From positions 1 to 64,000 of the forward strand of contig CBDFFH010000014.1 of NCBI GenBank assembly GCA_965246715.1: a DNA stretch of 64,000 bases. The letters are read 5' to 3'. Within the stretch, counting starts at the first letter, position 1; every line of letters starts with the position of its first letter. A program made the translations under genes and the position numbers. Below are positions 1-9,061 of the stretch, piece after piece. This DNA is from Chamaesiphon sp. GTDB lineage: Bacteria > Cyanobacteriota > Cyanobacteriia > Cyanobacteriales > Chamaesiphonaceae. The notes beneath the pieces are model-generated. The model saw only the letters and a list, made by a program, of their open reading frames with translations. It was not told the origin of the DNA and did not search any database.

Positions 1-1
1 C

Positions 2-49
2 GAGTTAGAAATTCGTCCAGATGGAGAATGGAGGTTTATTAATGACTAA
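2..49 (+). CDS. 3' end of probable DUF6888-family protein (partial)
   Basis: Frame 2 reads ELEIRPDGEWRFIND*; it overlaps the start of the DUF6887-like gene, the usual pair arrangement. Confidence 0.5.
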   Translation, partial: ELEIRPDGEWRFIND

Positions 50-248
50 GCCAGACTTTAGTAAGATGACACGACGCGAATTGAGAGCTTATGCTTTAGC
101 ACATCGAGATGATGGTGAGGTGATTACAGAATTACTCACTCGTGCTAATCCCGATCGTCCAGTGTATCCATATCCTGAAACTGATGCAGATTTAGTCCAA
201 ATGGAAGAGATTTTTCGCCGCAAGATTGCTGGTGACGATAGTGTGTAA
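42..248 (+). CDS. DUF6887-family small protein
   Basis: MTKPDFSKMTRRELRAYALAHRDD motif; GGAGG upstream of ATG at 42. Confidence 0.7.
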   Translation: MTKPDFSKMTRRELRAYALAHRDDGEVITELLTRANPDRPVYPYPETDADLVQMEEIFRRKIAGDDSV

Positions 249-268
249 GCATAGCGAATCACCGTAAA

Positions 269-604
269 ATGGACAAAGTAAGTCACTATCGTCAAATCGT
301 TATCGATATTCTCACCGCCCATAGCCAAATCCAACCTGCTTATGGTGAGATTGAAATGCAACTCCTCATCGATACTGCTCATGACAGATATCAGGTACTA
401 CGCGCTGGTTGGCTCCAAGATCGTCGGGTTTATGGTGTGTTGATTCAAATCGATATCAAAGGTGAGAAACTTTGGATTCAATACGATGGTACCGAGGTTG
501 GTGTGGCGAATGAATTGGTCGAAGAAGGTATTCCGAAGGAAGATATCGTCTTGGCGTATCATTCTCCGTTCATTCGTCAGTATGATGGCTTTGCAGTGGG
601 GTAA
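269..604 (+). CDS. xisI: XisI family protein
   Basis: RYQVLRAGW...IDIKGEKLWIQYDGTEVGVANELVEEGIPKEDIVLAYHSP signature. Confidence 0.9.
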   Translation: MDKVSHYRQIVIDILTAHSQIQPAYGEIEMQLLIDTAHDRYQVLRAGWLQDRRVYGVLIQIDIKGEKLWIQYDGTEVGVANELVEEGIPKEDIVLAYHSPFIRQYDGFAVG

Positions 605-682
605 CGATCGATTACGAGTTTCCCTGTCCATGAATAAGGAATATGTCACAAGCTAATATCAATTTCTCGGTTCATGCATGAC

Positions 683-711
683 TGGACATTTGACCAGACA
701 AATGCTATGAT
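683..711 (+). promoter_or_regulatory. sigma70-type promoter with overlapping palindromic operator for the Xre-RES operon
   Basis: TGGACA(683-688), 17 bp spacer, TGn-TATGAT(706-711); inverted repeat CATTTG-N6-CAAATG at 687-704. Confidence 0.6.
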
Positions 712-734
712 CGAGGCAAATCAGCTTCTATGTC

Positions 735-1082
735 ATGATTACTACAACTTCCCCCAGACTAGATCCAGCCATAATTCGGCAGAAATTGTCCCTATCTCAA
801 GAAAAACTCAGTAGTTTACTAAAAGTCAGTAGTAAGACTGTCAATCGTGCGGAAAAACAACATCTACCGCTCAAAGATGCTGATGCTCAAGCTAGATTAG
901 CTAAATTAGATGAGATCGTCACTCTAGGGTTGATGGTTTACACCCTCGATGGCTTGAAAGAATTTTTAACTACTCCACTTCCCGTATTCGATCGATATAC
1001 TGCCCTAGATCTCATGCAAATTGGCGATTTCGATCGGGTGATTAGTGCCTTGGCAGCAGATTTTGAAGGATTGGGCTTCTAG
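735..1082 (+). CDS. Xre/MbcA/ParS-type antitoxin
   Basis: N-terminal HTH (LSQEKLSSLLKVSSKTVNRAE) and C-terminal FLTTPLPVFDRYTALDL; abuts the RES gene. Confidence 0.8.
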   Translation: MITTTSPRLDPAIIRQKLSLSQEKLSSLLKVSSKTVNRAEKQHLPLKDADAQARLAKLDEIVTLGLMVYTLDGLKEFLTTPLPVFDRYTALDLMQIGDFDRVISALAADFEGLGF

Positions 1083-1625
1083 ATGTCCATTCGATCGTAC
1101 ATTCAGCCGTGGCAGGGTACTGCCGTGCGGCATATTCCCAAGCTAGCCGGGCAGCAGTATGATATCTACGACTTTAGTTACGCGGGTAGGAGTGCCGAAA
1201 ATCGCTGGAATCTTCAAGGAGAACCGACGCTATATTTAGCTAAGGAGAAAAATATTGCTCTAGCTGAGTACGCACGACATTTTAAGGTCGATCGATCGAC
1301 ATCGCTAGCACGACAGATCCAAGAGCGAATCGTCTATCGATTCGATGTCAGACTAGAACGGGTATTGAATTTGTGTCAACCGGAAGTATGGCAAGAATTA
1401 TCCCTTGGTGACGCACCTAATTGCTTCCAAAATCGAGATGTTGCTAGAGCTTGTGCTAATTTTATTCGCTATACTACCCCAGCAACGGCGATATTTGTCC
1501 CATCGGTGGCGTTTTTGGATGATGTCGAGCAGTGGTGTTTGGTGCTATTTTTAGAAAAACTGCCTTCAGATGTGCGGGAATTTTTACCGAACGTTATCAG
1601 TGATGGGAGTTTTCGGATCGATTGA
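1083..1625 (+). CDS. RES-domain toxin (NAD+ phosphorylase family)
   Basis: AVRH, NRWN, TLYLA..ALAE and FVPS motifs. Confidence 0.85.
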   Translation: MSIRSYIQPWQGTAVRHIPKLAGQQYDIYDFSYAGRSAENRWNLQGEPTLYLAKEKNIALAEYARHFKVDRSTSLARQIQERIVYRFDVRLERVLNLCQPEVWQELSLGDAPNCFQNRDVARACANFIRYTTPATAIFVPSVAFLDDVEQWCLVLFLEKLPSDVREFLPNVISDGSFRID

Positions 1626-1775
1626 TGTTAGGCTCAGGGCTTAGAGTCTTGCCTGTATTTTACTCGATCGGATGAGCAGACTGAGAGATTTGAATTTATA
1701 TAGTTTTTAAAAACCTGCCAATGTTATGATTGATGAGAGATATGTTGGGTATATACATATCTATAGCAACTAGAT

Positions 1776-1799
1776 TCTCGTTCCGAGAGGCTCCACCAA
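1776..1799 (+). repeat. 24-nt small dispersed repeat inserted in GAT^CG
   Basis: AGAT|TCTCGTTCCGAGAGGCTCCACCAA|CG. Confidence 0.75.
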
Positions 1800-1803
1800 C
1801 GAT

Positions 1804-2760
1804 ATGATTAAATCATTAGAAATACCTCGGCACAAGGATTTAGACTATTATTGCCAATGCTTTGCTAAACTCAATGTTAGTAACAATAAAAAACATGGTG
1901 AGGCTAATTACAAACCTATTTTAATCTTATCAGTATTGGAGTTGATTACGCAAGGATCGATCATTGAAAATCATATCTTAGTATGCGATAGCTTAATCGA
2001 GATATTTAAAAAATATTGGAATATTCTATCAGCTAATTCTAGCTATAAAGGTGGGCTACACTACCCATTTATCCATTTGCAGAATGATGGCTTTTGGCAT
2101 CTCAAATTCAAAGATACTTTTAATGGCTTACAGCCTAAAACTACAAATAAATTAAAAGAAGCAGTAGAATATGCTTATTTAGATACTGAGTTATTTGATT
2201 TTCTCCAAGATCCATTCACTAGACAAACATTGGTAGATAGTTTGGTTGCTACTTGGTTTGCAGATAGTCAATCAGAGTTGGCTGAAATCCTTAATATCAG
2301 TCAAAATTTTGAGCAGTTAGAACAACCTGAGTTAAATAATCTCGATCCTGAAATAAAATTTGCATGGCGGAAATCAGTTGTCAGAAATTCATTCTTTCGG
2401 AAATCTGTTGTCTATGTATATGATTATCGATGTGCTTTTTGTAAAACTAGACTTACAAGAGATCCAAATCAAAATATAGTCGATGGTGCCCATATTAAAC
2501 CGTTCTCTGAGTTCTTTGACAGTAAAATTGATAACGGATTGTCTCTATGCAAAAATCATCATTGGGCATTCGATCTGGGTTGGTTCGGTATTGATGATAA
2601 TTATCGAATAATTGTCGCTCAAGATTTAGACGATGATTCACCGCATACTAGATCGATGAAAGATTTCGATCGTGAGCAAATATCGTTGCCGAGTAATGAG
2701 AAATACTTTCCAAGACTAGAATCATTAAAATGGCATCGAGATAATAGATTTAAACCTTAG
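1804..2760 (+). CDS. HNH endonuclease with N-terminal sulfur-binding (SBD)-like domain; putative phosphorothioate-sensing nuclease
   Basis: YKPILILSV and YPFIHLQNDGFW SBD-like motifs; CAFC, GAHIKPFS and NGLSLCKNHHWAFD HNH motifs. Confidence 0.8.
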   Translation: MIKSLEIPRHKDLDYYCQCFAKLNVSNNKKHGEANYKPILILSVLELITQGSIIENHILVCDSLIEIFKKYWNILSANSSYKGGLHYPFIHLQNDGFWHLKFKDTFNGLQPKTTNKLKEAVEYAYLDTELFDFLQDPFTRQTLVDSLVATWFADSQSELAEILNISQNFEQLEQPELNNLDPEIKFAWRKSVVRNSFFRKSVVYVYDYRCAFCKTRLTRDPNQNIVDGAHIKPFSEFFDSKIDNGLSLCKNHHWAFDLGWFGIDDNYRIIVAQDLDDDSPHTRSMKDFDREQISLPSNEKYFPRLESLKWHRDNRFKP

Positions 2761-2779
2761 TCGATCGAAATATATAATA

Positions 2780-4357
2780 ATGAATGATATTCAAATAGCA
2801 CCAATACCAACACGCAACTTAGCGCAACTAGTAGAACATATCCAAGAGCTGACACAAGAGATTCAGAATCTATATCTTAGCGATAGTATTCCGTGGATAG
2901 TGGGAATTTCTTGGGGTAAGGATTCATCGACAATCTTGCAATTAATCTGGATAGCGATCGAGAAATTACCCGTCGAGCAACGGCAGAAGAAAGTTTATGT
3001 GATGACGACAGATACATTGGTCGAAAATCCGATCGTTTCTATATGGGTAAATAAGTCGATACAAAAATTAAAAGCTGCGGCTCAAACGCAATTAATGCCA
3101 TTTGAAGCGCACTTACTGCATCCCGCAGTTAAAGATAGTTTTTGGGTCTGCTTGATGGGTAAAGGTTATCCCGCACCTCGCCACGGATTTCGATGGTGTA
3201 CGGAGCGCATGAAAATTAAACCTGTTAATCAATTCATTCGTGATGTTGTCAGAGTTCATGCGGAAACAATCGTTGTTTTAGGTGCTCGTAAAAGTGAAAG
3301 TAATAATCGGGCAGCCGTTCTAAAGAAAAATGAAGTAGGAAGATTGAGAGATAGATTAAGCCCAAATCCTAATTTACCTAATTCACTCATTTATACACCG
3401 ATCGAGGATTGGCGTACTGACGAAGTTTGGATGTATCTGATGCAGTTTGAAAATCCTTGGGGTGGAAGTAATAAAGATTTATTTGCTTTATATCGAGGTG
3501 CAACTGCCGATAATGAATGTCCATTAGTCGTAGATACATCTACAGCTAGCTGTGGTGATTCGCGCTTTGGCTGCTGGGTTTGTACTCTGGTAAGTAAAGA
3601 TCGATCGATGGAGGCAATGATTCAAAATGATGAAGAGAAAGAATGGCTCCAACCATTATTAGATATTCGGAATGAATTGGATATTCATGACGATCGAGAT
3701 AAACGTGATTTTCGGCGAATATATGGTAAAGTCGAACTTTTTGAACGCAAATCTAAAGAAAATAAAGACGAGACTGAAGTCGTGCCGATTCCTGGGCCTT
3801 ATACTAAATATTGGCGCGAACATTGGCTGCGACGAGTATTAACGGCACAAGTACAGATTCGTCAAACTGCACCAGCAGACATGCAGGATATTACTCTGAT
3901 TACTAATGAGGAATTAGGTGAAATCAGGCGGATTTGGTTAGAAGAAAAACATGAATTTGATGATAGCCTGCCGCGCATATATGAGGAAGTGATGGGAGAA
4001 GAGTTCAAAGATACGCGGATTCAGGAAAAGAAGCTATTAGGTAGCGACGAATGGACGATTTTGGAAGAAATCTGTAGTGAGGATGCCATGCACCTGGAAT
4101 TGATGGCAAAGTTACTCGATACCGAACGCCAACATGCGACAAAATCGCGGCGAGGAGTTTTTGAAAACCTGGAGAAGTGTTTCGATAGTAGTTCGCGCTC
4201 CAAGGAAGAGGCAATTGCTAACGCACATGAGAAACGGGATTTAAAGGATGCTGCGAGTCAAGGGGATGTGGACAAGGTGAAGCAGCTAACCTGGGCACAG
4301 ATGAAATTTCAGCGAGAGACTGGTGATGTAGATGGTGGCGGAGACAACGGCGGTTGA
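2780..4357 (+). CDS. dndC: DNA phosphorothioation sulfurtransferase DndC (PAPS-reductase family)
   Basis: SWGKDS PP-loop, DTLVENP, GYPAP..FRWCTERMKI, ECPLVVD..SCGDSRFGCWVCT. Confidence 0.92.
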   Translation: MNDIQIAPIPTRNLAQLVEHIQELTQEIQNLYLSDSIPWIVGISWGKDSSTILQLIWIAIEKLPVEQRQKKVYVMTTDTLVENPIVSIWVNKSIQKLKAAAQTQLMPFEAHLLHPAVKDSFWVCLMGKGYPAPRHGFRWCTERMKIKPVNQFIRDVVRVHAETIVVLGARKSESNNRAAVLKKNEVGRLRDRLSPNPNLPNSLIYTPIEDWRTDEVWMYLMQFENPWGGSNKDLFALYRGATADNECPLVVDTSTASCGDSRFGCWVCTLVSKDRSMEAMIQNDEEKEWLQPLLDIRNELDIHDDRDKRDFRRIYGKVELFERKSKENKDETEVVPIPGPYTKYWREHWLRRVLTAQVQIRQTAPADMQDITLITNEELGEIRRIWLEEKHEFDDSLPRIYEEVMGEEFKDTRIQEKKLLGSDEWTILEEICSEDAMHLELMAKLLDTERQHATKSRRGVFENLEKCFDSSSRSKEEAIANAHEKRDLKDAASQGDVDKVKQLTWAQMKFQRETGDVDGGGDNGG

Positions 4358-4455
4358 AACCGCGTCTACACAATTAAAACCCGCCTACGCGGGTTAATCT
4401 CGAAATTAGTCTGCGGAGGCAGACTTTGATTAGCTAGCTGCGATTTTAATCGCCG
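4348..4455. repeat. REP doublet (REPIN-like, 108 bp) on left flank of Y1 transposase; supplies the dndC stop codon
   Basis: Two inverted arms, each with GCG(G/A)TTGAAA(C/T)CGC and CCGCCTACGCGG-type hairpins; near-identical to 4965-5072. Confidence 0.85.
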
Positions 4456-4546
4456 CAGGTTGTGAGAAAATGTGTAATATTACACGAGTTATTACAATTT
4501 TCCCAATAAAAGAGATAAAATTTGGAAAAGATAGAAGGACTTACTA

Positions 4547-4954
4547 ATGCGATCGAATTTCACCCAAATGTATATCCACTGCGTATGGGCAACATGGGAT
4601 CGATCGCCAATTATTACCCCTGATATTCAAGAGGCTGTATATGCGGTAATAATTAAAGAATGCCGAGAATTAAAATGCGAACCGATCGCGATTGGTGGGG
4701 TTAGCGACTATATTCATTTGCTAACTAAATTCTCAGCCACTTTAGCTATTTCTGAATTAATGAAGCAGATTAAAGGTAGCTCATCTCATTTTATCAATTA
4801 TGAGATTAAACCGAATAACTTTTTTAAATGGCAAGGTAGCTATGCTGCTTTTACAGTTAGCCATGAATCACTCGATCGATTAGTGCAGTATATCAAACAT
4901 CAAGAACAACACCATCGGCAAACATCATTGGTACCAGATTGGGAACTAATCTAG
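4547..4954 (+). CDS. tnpA: IS200/IS605-family Y1 HUH transposase (REP-associated); HUH motif reads DYIH
   Basis: YIHCVWAT, IGGVSDYIHLL, IKGSSS, WQGSYAAFTVS, YIKHQEQHH. Confidence 0.85.
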   Translation: MRSNFTQMYIHCVWATWDRSPIITPDIQEAVYAVIIKECRELKCEPIAIGGVSDYIHLLTKFSATLAISELMKQIKGSSSHFINYEIKPNNFFKWQGSYAAFTVSHESLDRLVQYIKHQEQHHRQTSLVPDWELI

Positions 4955-4964
4955 CCACAGATGA

Positions 4965-5072
4965 CGGCGATTGAAATCGCATCTAAACAACCAAAACCCA
5001 CCTATGTGGGTTAATTAGAGATTTAGTCCGCGAAGGCGGACTTTGATTAACTAGCAGCGATTTCAATCGCCG
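4965..5072. repeat. REP doublet (REPIN-like, 108 bp) on right flank of Y1 transposase
   Basis: CGGCGATTGAAATCGC...TTAGTCCGCGAAGGCGGACTTTG...GCGATTTCAATCGCCG. Confidence 0.85.
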
Positions 5073-5098
5073 CAGTTTACAGTATATCATCCCAAAAA

Positions 5099-6355
5099 AT
5101 GAAAACTTTAGATCGGCTAGAACCGCACCAACGGCAAAGTTTGCTCGTGTTATTTAGCACGGGCTTATTATTTTGGACGAGTATCGGGATTTTATTACCA
5201 ACATTACCCGCATATCTAGACTCGATCGGGATTAACCAGCAACAACTAGGATTTATTATCGGCGCATTTGCGATTGGATTGATCTCGACTCGTCCGCTGT
5301 TGGGAAAACTAGCCGATACCAGAGGCCGCAAGCTAGTCCTATTAATCGGTACAGCGGTAGCTGCGATCGCACCATTGGGTTATCTAACAGTTACTTCAAT
5401 TCCCTTACTAATGGGAATCAGGGCATTTCATGGGATTAGTATCGCTGCTTTTACGACGGCATTTAATACTCTAGTTGTGGATATCGCACCCCCAAAACAA
5501 CGCGGTGAAATCATCGGATTGATGAGTCTCACCAATCCGATGGGGATTGCATTAGGCCCTGCAATTGGAGGCTTTTTACAAGTAAAAGGAATGTACGGTA
5601 CGATCTTTTGGTTGTCGATAATTGGTAGCTCGATCGCGTGTTTTACCGCGAGTAGACTGCAAGATCCAAAGAAACAGATCGCTCCAGCATTATTAGGCGA
5701 TTTCGATCCACAGCAAGTCGCACCATTGCCAAGTATTTCGATCTGGAAAATTTTAACCAACCCCGCCCTGATGATTCCGTCATTAGTATTATTACTAATT
5801 GGTTTCCCCTTCGGTGCAATTCATACCTTCATGCCGTTGTATATTCAGACTAGCCACATCGATTTCAATCCTGGCTTATTTTATACGATCGCGGCAATCG
5901 GGAGTTTTAGTGCTCGATCGGTAATCGGGAGTAGATCCGATCGTTATGGACGGGGGATATTTATTGCGGGAAGTCTGTGCTGTTATACCGTAGGGATGGC
6001 TTGTCTAGCGACGGCAAATGGTGCGCTGAGTTTCATCTGTGGGGCAATATTAGAAGGATTGGGTTCGGGCACGTTGATTCCGATGACTGTCGCGCTGGTG
6101 GCGGATCGAAGTTTACCGCAGTATCGCGGGCGGGTATTATCGATATGTATCATTGGATTAGATTTGGGAATTGCGATCGCGGCACCTGTCTTTGGGGCGA
6201 TCTTCAAGTATGTGGGCTATCATGGGATTTTTACGATCGGGACGGGAATGGCGGCTAGTGCGATCGTTGTATTCTTAATTTGGGGAAATACTAATTTACG
6301 CCATTCGATCGGCTTTTGTTTGGGACGCGATCGCGATTATTATCGTCAATCTTAG
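5099..6355 (+). CDS. MFS transporter
   Basis: About 12 hydrophobic segments; motif A GKLADTRGRK and SDRYGRG. Confidence 0.9.
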   Translation: MKTLDRLEPHQRQSLLVLFSTGLLFWTSIGILLPTLPAYLDSIGINQQQLGFIIGAFAIGLISTRPLLGKLADTRGRKLVLLIGTAVAAIAPLGYLTVTSIPLLMGIRAFHGISIAAFTTAFNTLVVDIAPPKQRGEIIGLMSLTNPMGIALGPAIGGFLQVKGMYGTIFWLSIIGSSIACFTASRLQDPKKQIAPALLGDFDPQQVAPLPSISIWKILTNPALMIPSLVLLLIGFPFGAIHTFMPLYIQTSHIDFNPGLFYTIAAIGSFSARSVIGSRSDRYGRGIFIAGSLCCYTVGMACLATANGALSFICGAILEGLGSGTLIPMTVALVADRSLPQYRGRVLSICIIGLDLGIAIAAPVFGAIFKYVGYHGIFTIGTGMAASAIVVFLIWGNTNLRHSIGFCLGRDRDYYRQS

Positions 6356-6364
6356 AGATCTAAG

Positions 6365-7363
6365 TCAAAATAAATCATCTATCGATCGCACGATATTCAT
6401 CCCCGCAGCTGCAAACCGCTGATAAGCAGCATTTGCTTGTTCTGTATAATCTACCACCCCAGGAATTACTACCGGAGAAGTGCAATCTACTAACAAATAA
6501 ACCTTCCTTGCTAATTGTGGATCTAGTGCCTGAATTTCGACCAATAAATCGTTGATAGTCCACGCAACACAATGACTCTGTGCTTGTCCAGCAACAATTA
6601 ACTTATCTGATGCTAGTAAATGTTGAATCAATCGATCGTTTTTACTCCCGATCGATTCGTCCAATTGGTTTGTAAAAACTTCCGGTGCTAAAGCTGAGTA
6701 ATTCTCCGTCAATGGATTGTCACCCTTGATCGAAAAACTTGCTTGGCTATTTCTGGCGATGCCATGAAAAAAGATCGCTTCCTCCACTGCTGGCACCAAC
6801 GCATGACCGATTCCGCCTAACATGGCATGATAAGGCCAAATCATCAGCGGATATTTGCCGCCATCGCTCAACTGCTGGACGTAATGCAGTGCATATGCTT
6901 GTAATTGGGCTGGCTCCTTGTCGCCGAGTTCGGGATTGACGCGCCATTTACCCATCTGGACATCGGTTAGCGAGATCGTCGTCGCTGGTGCTGGGTATTC
7001 CCCCCCTGCATCTACCCAAAAAATCGGGTGAAAAATCTGCCACATGTGATGGGTATCCATCGTTGCAATTATTTGGTCGATTTCACCTAAATTGCGATAA
7101 ATAAATTCACACAACCGGATGTTGTCCTCGATCGCGCCACGCCCGCTGCGACCACCGACAAATAGCTCAAAGTCTTGCAGACAGAAGGTATTTTGCACGT
7201 CGATGAGTAAGAGCCGCGTTCCTGTTGGTGCGCTATTTACAGGCACAAGGTGATGCTGCCGCGCCCATTGTTGGGCTGCTGTAGCTCGCTGTTGATAAGG
7301 TACGCGCCAGATGTCCCCAACGCGATCTGGCTGAAAGTGGTTTGGAATTGGGAGCGGTATCAT
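6365..7363 (-). CDS. isochorismatase/nicotinamidase-like cysteine hydrolase
   Basis: LLIDVQNTF, TMDTH, WPYH, AGQAQSHCV catalytic pattern. Confidence 0.8.
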   Translation of the reverse strand: MIPLPIPNHFQPDRVGDIWRVPYQQRATAAQQWARQHHLVPVNSAPTGTRLLLIDVQNTFCLQDFELFVGGRSGRGAIEDNIRLCEFIYRNLGEIDQIIATMDTHHMWQIFHPIFWVDAGGEYPAPATTISLTDVQMGKWRVNPELGDKEPAQLQAYALHYVQQLSDGGKYPLMIWPYHAMLGGIGHALVPAVEEAIFFHGIARNSQASFSIKGDNPLTENYSALAPEVFTNQLDESIGSKNDRLIQHLLASDKLIVAGQAQSHCVAWTINDLLVEIQALDPQLARKVYLLVDCTSPVVIPGVVDYTEQANAAYQRFAAAGMNIVRSIDDLF

Positions 7364-7499
7364 ATATGGTAATTATAATTTTAGCGATTACTCTAATAAT
7401 AGTAATTCTTACCATAAATAGCAACTCCAATCTTGCTGTGCTTTTCCGATCGGGTACCAAAGCGATAAGCTAGATGATGAAGCTACCACCAGGAACCGG

Positions 7500-8468
7500 A
7501 TGAGTTATCTAGAGACAACTGCGGATTTTTATGCAGCAGCAGCCAGGGAGCCACAAGTGGGTTTGTGTTGCGTTCAGAGTACCCCCTTGCAACTACCAGG
7601 GTTGAAGATTCCGCTTCAGATGCAAGAGATGAATTATGGCTGTGGTACAACAGTTCGATCGAGTGAATTAGCCAATTCGCCGACAGTGCTGTATGTGGGT
7701 GTAGGTGGCGGTTTAGAAGCCTTACAATTTGCCTACTTTTCCCGTCATCCCGGCGCGATTATCGCTGTCGATCCGGTCCCAGATATGTGTCGAGCCGCAG
7801 CGCGGAACTTAGAACTAGCAGCTACAGAAAACGATTGGTTCGATCCGAGCTTTGTGGAAATTCGAGCTGGCGATGCTTTTGCGCTGCCAGTTCCCGATGC
7901 TTCCGTCGATGTATTAGCGCAAAATTGCTTATTTAATATTTTTGAACCAGCAGATCTCGATCGAGCGTTGCAGGAAGCCTATCGAGTATTAAAACCCAAT
8001 GGGCGCTTGATGATGAGCGATCCGATCGCGACCAGAGCGATTCCGCCGCATTTACAGCAGGACGAGCAATTACGAGCGATGTGTTTGTCTGGTGCGCTCA
8101 CTTACGATGATTATATCGATCGATTAGTGAAAGTGGGGTTCGGACAGATTGAAATTAGAGCGCGTCGTCCGTATCGATTGTTAGATCGGCATAATTATGG
8201 TTTGTCAGAACATTTACTCCTAGAAAGTCTGGATTCTGTCGCCTACAAAGTGCAGATCCCACCAGATGGGGCGTGTATTTTTACAGGTAAAACAGCCATT
8301 TATACAGGCGCAGCAGAGATGTTTGACGATCGAGCTGGGCATATTCTGCAGCGGGGCATACCTGCTGCGGTGTGCGATAAAACTGCTGCCACTCTTAGCA
8401 AGTTACATCCCAACGATATTCTGACTACCGACTCTACTTGGTACTACGATGGCGGTGGTTGCTGCTAA
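7500..8468 (+). CDS. arsM: arsenite methyltransferase ArsM (cyanobacterial arsenosugar type)
   Basis: GLCCV, MNYGCG, LYVGVGGG SAM motif, QNCLFN, RAMCLSGA, C-terminal GGGCC. Confidence 0.85.
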   Translation: MSYLETTADFYAAAAREPQVGLCCVQSTPLQLPGLKIPLQMQEMNYGCGTTVRSSELANSPTVLYVGVGGGLEALQFAYFSRHPGAIIAVDPVPDMCRAAARNLELAATENDWFDPSFVEIRAGDAFALPVPDASVDVLAQNCLFNIFEPADLDRALQEAYRVLKPNGRLMMSDPIATRAIPPHLQQDEQLRAMCLSGALTYDDYIDRLVKVGFGQIEIRARRPYRLLDRHNYGLSEHLLLESLDSVAYKVQIPPDGACIFTGKTAIYTGAAEMFDDRAGHILQRGIPAAVCDKTAATLSKLHPNDILTTDSTWYYDGGGCC

Positions 8469-8523
8469 TCGGTTAGAGCAGAAGCTCGGGTTAAGGATAT
8501 TGGCTTCGCTCAAGTACCGCACT

Positions 8524-8570
8524 CGATTGAAATCGTGGCTAATGATGCAAAGTCCGCCTTGTAGGGTTAG
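8524..8570 (+). repeat. single degenerate REP arm
   Basis: CGATTGAAATCGTGGCTAATGATGCAAAGTCCGCCTT matches the arms flanking tnpA. Confidence 0.7.
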
Positions 8571-8598
8571 AGAAGGTGGCAGACCGATTCCGCCTGGG

Positions 8599-8832
8599 TC
8601 AAAAAGCAAGCCTTATTAAAGACTCTCCTTTTAGTCCACTTGTAATAAAATCTGGATCTTCCACTCTGACTATTTCATCAAAATCAGGGATGAACTCATA
8701 GAATTGTGTACTGATACCACAAACTACCAATTCTCCATATTTGAGTAACTCTCTCAAAATCAAAGCTGGACGTTGTTTGTATTTTCCATCTGCTTGCTTT
8801 AGTGCCGCCAGGATTATATTACCTTCCTTCAT
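8599..8832 (-). pseudogene. PemK/MazF-like toxin, C-terminally truncated
   Basis: QADGKYKQRPALIL...VCGIST...SGLKGESLIRL, then a stop next to repeat DNA; short for the family. Confidence 0.6.
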
Positions 8833-9055
8833 AGTCAGGGTTAAATTCCTTTATTTGAGATAGCTCATATTCTAGTTCGTCATCGCGATACGCTCTGTTT
8901 AATCCTTGCAAAGATAATGCATACCATTCGTCATCTTTTCCGATCTCTGATAAAGAATCTATCGTCACAATTATTTGAGTGCCTTCTGGGAGATCGATCG
9001 GTTGAGACGGCTCAAATTTACCGTCTCTGATAGTTACTAGCAGTTGAGTAAGTAA
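8819..9055 (-). pseudogene. antitoxin-like ORF (DUF104-like) lacking a clear start codon
   Basis: Reads LLVTIRDGKFEPSQPIDLPEGTQIIVTI...EWYALSLQGLNRAYRDDELEY...NPDYEGR*; overlaps the toxin ATG; no in-frame ATG. Confidence 0.6.
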
Positions 9056-9061
9056 TAGGTA

